A DNA stretch of 64,000 nt from Setoptus koraiensis. Lineage: Eukaryota > Animalia > Arthropoda. The notes under the pieces are model-generated. The model was not told the DNA's origin. It did not search any database and saw only the letters and a program-made list of their open reading frames with translations. The translations under genes and the position numbers were made by a program. The stretch is from positions 22,444,001 to 22,508,000 of the forward strand of contig CM106586.1 in NCBI GenBank assembly GCA_048013815.1. The letters are read 5' to 3'. Below are positions 35,833 to 44,399 of the stretch, one piece after another. Every line of letters begins with the position of its first letter. Position 1 is the stretch's first letter.

Positions 35833-36115
35833 GATTTATCAACACAAATCAGTGATCCACAGAAATGAGAATTTCAGATGCAATTTTGCGACTCTAAAGG
35901 TGGAGCTCGAGCGCTTTTTCTAGTAGAGACTTGTGAGGCTTATTCTATCCGCGTGAGAGATGATTCAAAACAAATTCATGTAGACAGTCACGCAGCACTA
36001 CACTAATTGCTGAAAAATTAGCTACTTCTATCTTGTTCCAGAAACTACTAGAAATGAGTTTCTCACGAGACGTGACGACAAGTGTAAACAACATTTACAG
36101 TTCGCATTGGAGCTT

Positions 36116-36194
36116 TGTCGAGATTTTGTACTGTCGAGATTTCGTACTGTCGAGATTTTGTACTGTCGAGATTTTGTACCGTCGAGGTTTCGAC
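36116..36194. repeat. 16-bp tandem array TGTCGAGATTTTGTAC, ~5 copies
   Basis: Units start at 36116, 36132, 36148 and 36164, with a degenerate unit at 36180. Confidence 0.92.
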
Positions 36195-36868
36195 CCAGAC
36201 CCCAAAAAATAAATATTTGAAACAAATATGATGACGACTAGCTGTCTGGTGGCCGAGCAAACTGGCAGCCTTCCGGCATGACTTGCGGAATTCGAGGCCC
36301 GAAGGCGATTGGTTGATCGAGAAAGCGCCAGTTTCTCCCATTGGCACCGCATCGAAAAAACACACAATCGCAGCCAAACCGACAACCAGTGACAATTTCA
36401 CGGCGCTCACCGGGCGACGGCGTAGTCGCCCGAAGCTGCGATGAGAATTGATTGATTTGTGTGATGTAGTGCAAAAGTCAACAGGTGAGCCCAATCGGCG
36501 GCTCGATCATTCGTGTATCTGAAAATATCTTTTTGCGTGTCAGCGATAACATCACAGTGATATCGCGTTTCTCTGATTGCTTTCTCCAATCGACGGATGG
36601 CTGGCGAAAGTGAATTTTCTCTTGCGTTGCAATGAAACTAATTTTATAAATTGCGGCTACGATCTCATGTTTCACAGTGTGCGCCAGCTTGCCATTGCGA
36701 GCTCGCCAGATAAATTTGCTGAGATTTCTCGACTGGCTCCACTAAGTGAGCAAGCGGATGGCTGGCCAACCAACAACTGATACTAACAAGCGGCTTGCCA
36801 TTTTCAGCCCGCATATTTCGTAGCTCGTTGCTTGTGTACGGTCGCAGTTGCACCCTGACTCGATACAC

Positions 36869-36952
36869 TATTGGCGATACATTATTGGCGATATATTATT
36901 GGCGATATATTATTGGCGATATATTATTGGCGAGACATTGCTGGCGATATAA
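36869..36952. repeat. 14-bp tandem array TATTGGCGATATAT x6 just upstream of the 599-aa gene
   Basis: Six contiguous units ending 60 bp before the ATG at 37012. Confidence 0.92.
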
Positions 36953-37011
36953 ATTAGCGGCTCGCACCCATTGGGGCATTATTACTATTATTGTCTGCGC
37001 GTTAATCAATC

Positions 37012-38811
37012 ATGGCAAGATTGCTCATCGGTTTGAGCGTTATTTTGCTGTTGGTCGGCGCCAACTGGGCCGATATATATAAGAAACGCGAACCGAAAGT
37101 GACCAGTAAAATAATTTATGCATCATCGCAGGACAGAGAAAACAGGGGCCCTTGGGTGCCGTATGGGCACGACGACGACGCCGACGACGACGGCCCCATT
37201 GTGCCGTACGCGGATGAACCCGAGTCTGAATACCCCGAGCTGACGAAAAAATTACCGTACGCCTCGGACGACAGCGAGCCATGGGACGGCGAGTCGCGGA
37301 GCGGCCTAGACGGCGCCGCCGGGCAGGCGGATCTGAAGGCCAAGATGGCCGATTTGCGCTCAAACGCGCACAAATCGTACGAGCTGATCGAGTGGTTCGA
37401 CGACAAAATTGTCGCCGACCGGATGCTGGAGCGCTGCGAAAAGGACATTCTGATTTTGCCCGATGACGCCAAATATAGCGCCCATGCGTCGCTGGGCAAG
37501 ATCGTTACGGGCGCCAAGGGCGCCTGCAACGAGCTGTTGTCCGTGGTGGTAGAATTGGCGCACGATCTCGACTCAGCGCCGGCCCAACGGAACCCCGCCG
37601 TGGAATGGATGCAAGCGCGATCTTACCTGGCCGTGAGACGATTGGGCGACGCGGCCAAACGGAACGCGGCGCTCATAGTTGAGCTGTTCGTGAGCGGCGC
37701 CAAGCTCGCTTGCGATCTCATGCAGGACTTACTGCAGCCCGAGCCGGGCGACGCCTCAGTGATGGAATACCTAAAGGAAATCGTCAGGGAGGTGTGCGGC
37801 CAGATAAACAATGACACGTTCACCGAGATCCTCATTGGGCCCAACAGGAAGTCGCGAACGCAAGTGGTTTGCCGCCGGGTGATAGTGCCCCATTTGCGCA
37901 AATTACAGGATAGTGGCGAACGCGAACGATTTGTGCGATTGTGCCGACACAATGCAGAAGCAGCCGGCCCGGCAACCGCGGCCACGCCCCAGCTGAGATT
38001 TTGGACGCCGCCGGCGGCCAACCGCAGAGATTGGCCGCCGGATTGGCCTGTCCCCCAACCGACTTCCTGGCCGCCCTCCTGGCCGTGGCCCAAACCGACT
38101 TCCGGGCCGACGTCTGCGCCTGGCCCCCCGGCCAAACCGACTTCCTGGCCGACCTCGTGGCCGTGGCCCTGGCCGACGTCCGGGCCGGGTGGGCCGGGTG
38201 GGCCTTGGCCCATACCGACCTTCTGGCCTTGGCCAAAACCGACGTCTGCGCCTGGCCCCCCGGCCAAACCGACTTCCTGGCCGACCTCGTGGCCGTGGCC
38301 CTGGCCGACGTCCGGGCCGGCGGCCGCACGGACGCCCGAACAAATTGGAGAGGCTTTCGTGTTGCGCATCCGCATCAAAGTGTGCCGGTACGTCAAGATG
38401 TTGCTGCAAGCGCCCAAGGTCAGATACATAAGCCCCGAGCGGGCGATCGAAGTACTGAACAGTTACTATTGTCTGTTGGGTGGCAGTGAGTCCGAAGAGC
38501 TGATTGAGCGTGCCAAGACTGCGCTCGAGCGCGCCCCTACTGGAGGGGCCGCCGGCAGCCCCTCCACTAGCGTAACCTCCACTAGCGCCCCCCTGCGGCC
38601 GCGTGCCCGCATCGAGATATGCTCAAGCTTCGACAACATTCTGGAATTGCTGCCGGAACTGCTCGTGGACGTGCTGCTCACAGTGTGCGACTTCCTGGAG
38701 AGCCTGATAAACAGCATTCTCGACAATTTTCAACTTGACTCAACTGATGCGCTTAAGCAAATCGGCGTATCGACCGGCACGCCGGCCAACACGTCTGCTT
38801 ATCGCTTGTGA
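37012..38811 (+). CDS. Secreted orphan protein (599 aa): signal peptide, acidic segment, Cys-containing helical domain, Pro/Trp/Thr/Ser repeat, helical C-terminal domain
   Basis: Long intronless ORF with GC-rich third positions like neighbouring genes. Hydrophobic N-terminus MARLLIGLSVILLLVGANWA. AATAAA near 38965. No family recognised. Confidence 0.8.
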   Translation: MARLLIGLSVILLLVGANWADIYKKREPKVTSKIIYASSQDRENRGPWVPYGHDDDADDDGPIVPYADEPESEYPELTKKLPYASDDSEPWDGESRSGLDGAAGQADLKAKMADLRSNAHKSYELIEWFDDKIVADRMLERCEKDILILPDDAKYSAHASLGKIVTGAKGACNELLSVVVELAHDLDSAPAQRNPAVEWMQARSYLAVRRLGDAAKRNAALIVELFVSGAKLACDLMQDLLQPEPGDASVMEYLKEIVREVCGQINNDTFTEILIGPNRKSRTQVVCRRVIVPHLRKLQDSGERERFVRLCRHNAEAAGPATAATPQLRFWTPPAANRRDWPPDWPVPQPTSWPPSWPWPKPTSGPTSAPGPPAKPTSWPTSWPWPWPTSGPGGPGGPWPIPTFWPWPKPTSAPGPPAKPTSWPTSWPWPWPTSGPAAARTPEQIGEAFVLRIRIKVCRYVKMLLQAPKVRYISPERAIEVLNSYYCLLGGSESEELIERAKTALERAPTGGAAGSPSTSVTSTSAPLRPRARIEICSSFDNILELLPELLVDVLLTVCDFLESLINSILDNFQLDSTDALKQIGVSTGTPANTSAYRL

Positions 38812-39229
38812 GCCACACAAGTTGTGCCATGTTACGCAACATGTTACGCAACGTGATGTTACGCAACGTGATGTTACGCAACCGGCGCCACTTGGCCATT
38901 GCACAACTACCGCTGCTTGCCATCACAGTTGGCACGTGCCCGATGAGTCATCAGCGATGACCGAATAAAGTCGATGGTGAGTCGCGCATAATTACTAATC
39001 ACAATAAATTGCAATTATTTTGTCGATTTTATTGTCTTTTCGGGCACCGCCGTGGCTCTTCTTTTTCCCTGCTTTTATCATTCTTTTATCGTTCTTTTTC
39101 CGTTCTTTTATCGTTCTTTGCGAATGTTCTTGCTTCGTTTTTTCGAATGTCCTCTGCGAATGTTCGCAGAGAACGTTCGCAGCGAATGCTCGTGGCGAAC
39201 GTTCGTGGCGAATGCACAGTGTGCAGCGG

Positions 39230-39655
39230 TTAGGCCGACTCGCCCATGTACGCGACGCTGTTCTTGTCCGTCTCGTATATTCGCACCGAGTGCATTTTCA
39301 CGTTGTCCGGCAGCTCGCTGGCCATTCTGTCCCAAACGTGAACGGCGATGTTCTCCGCGGACGGTATTACCTGCTTGAAGTGCTCAATGTCCATGTTGAG
39401 CATCTTGTGGTCAAGCGGCTCCACGACCTCGTTTATGATGCGCTTCAGGTCGAACAGGTTGATCACCATGCCCGTCTCCTTGGTTATTTTGCCCTTGACG
39501 ACCGCCTCCACGGTGTAGTTGTGACCATGTCCGTTTTCGTTGTTGCACTTGCCGAAAATCTGCTTGTTCGTGGCCTCGTCGAACAGCACGTTGTGCATCC
39601 GGTGGCCGGCGCAAAACGTCTCCGTTCGTTGCAAGTACAGCACTGGCTCGGGCAT
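39230..39655 (-). CDS. PTS: 6-pyruvoyl tetrahydropterin synthase (Drosophila purple orthologue), intronless
   Basis: Metal/catalytic motifs: F-C-A-G-H-R (His), GKCNNENGHGHNY (catalytic Cys + HGH), PLDHK, SAENIA, YETD (Glu). 141 aa, typical length. Confidence 0.96.
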   Translation of the reverse strand: MPEPVLYLQRTETFCAGHRMHNVLFDEATNKQIFGKCNNENGHGHNYTVEAVVKGKITKETGMVINLFDLKRIINEVVEPLDHKMLNMDIEHFKQVIPSAENIAVHVWDRMASELPDNVKMHSVRIYETDKNSVAYMGESA

Positions 39656-39670
39656 CGCGTCGCTCGTTTA

Positions 39671-39744
39671 TAATTAATGCTCGCTAATTAATGCCGTGTC
39701 GCTAATTAATTCCGTGTCGCTAATTAATGCTGTGTCGCTAATTA
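39671..39744. promoter_or_regulatory. Five TAATTA palindromes in an 18-bp repeat directly upstream of the PTS start codon
   Basis: TAATTA at 39671, 39685, 39703, 39721 and 39739. A regulatory role is inferred only. Confidence 0.45.
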
Positions 39745-40736
39745 GTATCGCCAACTAATATCGCCAACTGTGAATCGAGTGAATGAATGCATTTTGCCCG
39801 CAGCAACTGGCAGGCGGCCGAACGCGATCGTCGCTCGCATTTGCATGCTGATTGGCGCTGATAAACAAACAAGTAACCTAATTGTCGGGGTGCACCGAGC
39901 AATTGGGCGCTGGCACAACAATGGAAAGGGCACACTCTCGCCAAATCGCTTATCCGCTCATCAGCTTATCGGCGCTCTTATCTCGGCATCGAGAGCTTTC
40001 TTGAGTCTCGGCAACCACAATCTGCCCGCTCGCCGCGGCAAACAGATCTCAATCTCACATCTCTCAACAGACCAATTGTCGTGCGTCTGATACCGTATCA
40101 GACGCATCAGTGATACGACTGATACGACCGCTGCGGCCGCCCAGACCGCCTAGACCGATACGACTGCTAAGACTGATACGACTGGTGCGACTTGCCGGAA
40201 TCCGCTCCGATCAGACACTCTGGCAACAATTGATGCCACCGAGCACGTGATCGGCACGCCGCGGCTCGCCCAATCGACAATTGACAATTGACAATCGACA
40301 ATTGACAATTGCCAATCGACAATTGGCAATCGCGCAGATTGTGCGACGGGCCGGGATGAGTCAATCGGCGCCGTTGATTCAACGAGCGACGTCACGGGCG
40401 CACTAATTGCCAGTGTCGCACTTGTTGCTCGATTCACAACTGTCAATGGGCTGCCAAAAGTGACAGTTGCCAGCTGACAACGGTCGCCCGTGGATATCTC
40501 ATTGAAAACCGTGATTAGTAATCGCTGATTGCACTTGCTGTATTCACGGGTGAATAGCAGGGTGTCGTGAATAGCAGAGTGTCGTGAATAGCAGAGTGAC
40601 GCGAATAGCGGAGTGCGTCGTGAATAGTGAAATGTGTCGGCAATCGGTGAGTCGAAAATTTATTAGGGGGCATTTATTTGTTAGGGGGGCATTTATTTGT
40701 TATGGGGGCATTTGTAAAGGCATTTGGAGAGGGCGC

Positions 40737-43633
40737 TCAATTGGCCAGGTAGCCCGTGCTGTACCAAATGCCGTAGGTGAAGTAAATGAAAAAGCCCACC
40801 AGCATCCAAACGGAAAATCTGAGCCAGGTTAAGTAGCCCAAATTGAGCATTAGGTACGTGTTGATGAGGATGCTCAAAAAGGGTATTGCGGGCACCAGCG
40901 GCACCCTGAAGGCGTCCCGGCTGTCGGGCCGACTAGTGGGCAATCTGGTCAATAAGTAAGATAATATAATAATGATAAGTACAAGTACGCCAATGGTTAA
41001 TTGGGCCAACAAATTGAATTGAATGCATTGCGTAACGCACAATTGTATGGCAGTGTCTAGACAAATAATAACAAATATCGACATGGCAATTAGTCGCTTA
41101 GAGCTGCTGCACGTGCCATCTGTTGGCTCTGGCTGGCACGTGCTGTTCACTATAAATTGGTCGCTGTTGATGCTTTTAGTGGTGGCTATGGTTGTTTGGT
41201 CGAACGAGGCCGATTTGTTCAGGCCGCCCTGGCAGCCGGCGCACAAATCCGCGCCGCTCGTGGCCGTGGTAGTTGCCGTCTTTGTCGTTATGATGGATCC
41301 GTTGAATGTGGTCACCGTGTCGCTGTCCGTCCCGTACTGGCCCTCCGCACTTCCGGTGCCCGGCATTGTCTCGTAAACGGTTGTCACGGGCCTGGGCGGG
41401 GCGCCCTCGCGCGTCTTTTCGGCGCCGCTCACCACGACCACGCGCGGCTCCTGGTCGGGCGCGCATTGATCCGCACATTTATCCGCTCGTTGGTCCGCAC
41501 GTTTATCCGCACGTTTATCCGCACACTGATCCGCACACTGATCCGCGCACTGATCCGCGCACTGATCCGCGGGCGGCCACTGGGGCGCCGCGTCGCTCAC
41601 CGAGTGTCGCCTCATCTTGAGCTTGCCGTCTTGGCCGGCCGCCGCGTGCTGCCGGATGTTGTTGACGTAGTTGCCCCGCCTGGCGGTCGGTTGTTGTCGC
41701 TTGTTTGCGTCGCCCGTCGCGGTCGCCAATTCACCCAAGGCGGCGGTCGCCTTCTCACCTAAAGCGGCGGCCGCCGAGTCGCCCGATGCGGCGGTCGCCT
41801 TTTCACCTGATGCGGCGGTCGCCCGGTCCAACAGGTACATCTGGTGGCGCCTGTTGGCCACGCTCTGGTGCTTGGCGTTGTTTTGGGGCGCGGGCGGCAG
41901 CGGCCGGTGGCCCGCATGTGAGTGTCGCTCGTGCGCGTTTGCAGCGGCGCCCGCCACGGAATTGTGTCGCGGCGCAGTTATGTCCGGGTAACTGAGCCGG
42001 TTGCTGGGCATACCGCTGTTGTGCCCGATGCGGTTCTCGTAGCGCAATATCAGCACGGCCACCGACACCAGGCTGTAGGCGGCCAGCGTGCCGATGCTGA
42101 CCATGTCGGCCAGCTCCTCGATGTCCAGCAAACAGGCCAGCAGTCCGATGAACAGCGAGCCCACAATGGTGGCCCTGACGGGCGTTTGCAGTCTGGTGTT
42201 GATCTTGGCCAAATAATTGTAAATGATTGAATCGCGCGCCATTGAGTACATTGTCCGGGGCAACGGGTACAGGCTGCCGCACTGGCTCGAGGTGAGGCCC
42301 GCCATGGCCCCTATCAGCAGCACCCAGTAGGTGACGGGCATGTCGAGCCTATCAAATATGTAGGGCAGCACGGCGATTTTGTTCTGGTCGTAATAGGGCC
42401 AAATGAGCGTTTGAATGGCCGCAGTGGCAAAGTAGGCCAAAAACGATATGGCCAACGACAACACAATGGCCAGCGGGACGTTCCGTTTGGGATTGCGCGC
42501 CTCCTCGGCGCTTGCGGCTATCGTGTCGAACCCGATGAAGCCAAAAAAGCAGGTTGCCGAGCCCGCTAGCACGCCCGACCAGCCGTACGGCATGAAGCCG
42601 CCCGTGCCCACGTTGCGGTGTCCGTCTTGGGGCAGCTCCCACATTTCCAAATTCCAATTATGCAAATCGATGCGGCCCAGGCCGCCGCACACCGTCGTCA
42701 CCACAACCATCAAATTGACGCACGTGAACAGCATGGTGAAATTGGTGGACTCCTTCACGCCGTACAACATCAGACAGGTGATGACGAATATTATGACCAG
42801 CGTCAACAGGTCGAAGTTGGCTAGCAAGTGGTCCAGCCAGTGGGGCTCGGCGACCGCTGCCGCTGTTGCGGCCGTTGCGTTCCCGAGCGACGATAGGTTT
42901 TGCGATAGGTTTTGCGCCACCGACGGCGCCGATGCGGTTAGCAACGGGCCGCCCGGAAGGGCGGAAAAATTGCCAGTTTGCGCGGATTGCGCGCTGGAAA
43001 AATTTGAGCCCGCCGGCGCGCCGCCACTTGCCGGGCCCGACGCAATTGCCGACGCGGTTGCGGGGCCCGACGTGAAGTGGCTGCGAACCACAAACAGAAT
43101 GTAGCCGCTGAAGCCGCGCGCCACCGAGGCGGCCCCAATGACGTACTCGAGGATCATGTTCCAGCCGATGATGAAGGCCACGAATTCGCCCACCGTTATG
43201 TAACTGTAGGCGTAGGCCGATCCGGCCTTGGGTACGCGCGCGGCAAATTCCGCGTAACACAGCGCCGAGAAGGCGCTCGCCAGGGCGGCGAACGCGAACG
43301 ACACGATCACCGCGGGCCCTGTCGGCGGTCATCGGCATGATAGTGGCATGATTCGCAGCCATATAGACAATTGACGTAATTAATAGTTGATGATTGATAT
43401 TTGATATTTGATAATTGATAATTGATAATTAATAATTGGCATAATTAATAATTGACGAAATCAGTAATCGATAATGGTCAGTGGTTGACCGACAGACGAC
43501 GACTCGATTGGCAATCGCTGGCAATTGCGTCATATCTTACCTGCCTTGTTCGCCGCCACCTGTCCGGCCAGCACGTACAGGCCCAAGCCCAGAGTGGAAC
43601 CCACACCTAGTGACGATCGCGTGCGTGTGTGCG

Positions 43634-43695
<62 letters not shown>

Positions 43696-44399
43696 GGCGG
43701 GATGAACAAATCAATTAGAAAGTGAACGAGCGACATGCAACATGAGTGCGCGGTGTTACGTAACAGTCGGATCGGGCGCCGATATTGGCAGACTGTCGGT
43801 GACAATATCAGTGCCATTCACAATTGGCAGTGATAACGAGCGACGAGATAGCGATCGCTGGCGCTCGCTGGCGCCACAACAAACAATTTGTGTGTGTGTG
43901 TCTAATTGATCGCAAATTAGTCGCAACAATCAATCAGTCTGTTTGACACAGTGTGCGTGGGTGGCATTCATTGAGTGTCATCAAGTCGTCAAGTGTCGTG
44001 GTTGCGGCGATGAGTCAAGTTTGTTGACAAGATAAGGCCGCCGATGACAGTTTGCTAGGCAACTTGGCGAGCTCGCTGAGACGAGCTTTGCTTGATGGCG
44101 AGCTCGACGAGACGAGCTTGGCAGACAATTGTGCCACTTGACAGAATGTTCTCGTTCTGCTGGTTGTCAACAACTTGAAGCTGCCACAAATAGTCGTTGT
44201 GACATCGTGCATCATCCACAGCTCCACTGTCAACTAATTAGCTTGGCAACAATCAATTCAGCTCGCACTCACCTAAAGCTGTCAAATCAATCAGATTGAG
44301 ACACCTGTTGAGCTGAGTGTCTGTGCTGCAATCGAGCGGCTTCTTTCTTGTCAGGGCCCGATAGAAGCGCCCCAATGAATGGGCCGCTGATTTGGGCAT
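40737..44399 (-). CDS. SLC7A: Cationic amino acid transporter (SLC7A1-4/slimfast family). Exons 44399-44273, 43606-43541, 43318-40737
   Basis: Spliced N-terminus MPKSAAHSLGRFYRALTRKKPLDCSTDTQLNRCLNLIDLTALG|VGSTLGLGLYVLAGQVAANKAG|PAVIVSF...YAEFAARVPKAGSAY matches the CAT family. Also FFGFIGFD, SAEEARNPKRNVP, ELADMVSIGTLAAY and C-terminal FRVPLVPAIP. Both introns are phase-1 GT-AG. Confidence 0.93.
43621..43694. repeat. (TG)n microsatellite at the 3' end of transporter intron 1
   Basis: ~37 dinucleotide units ending ~14 nt from the acceptor AG. Confidence 0.97.

Noticed and set aside
36116-36952. Short regular arrays as CRISPR
   Set aside because: Units are contiguous with no unique spacers, no cas genes are present, and the context is eukaryotic.
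39230-39655. PTS as a horizontally acquired bacterial queD
   Set aside because: The CNNxNGHGHNY motif, length and codon style match animal PTPS. Being intronless is not evidence here.
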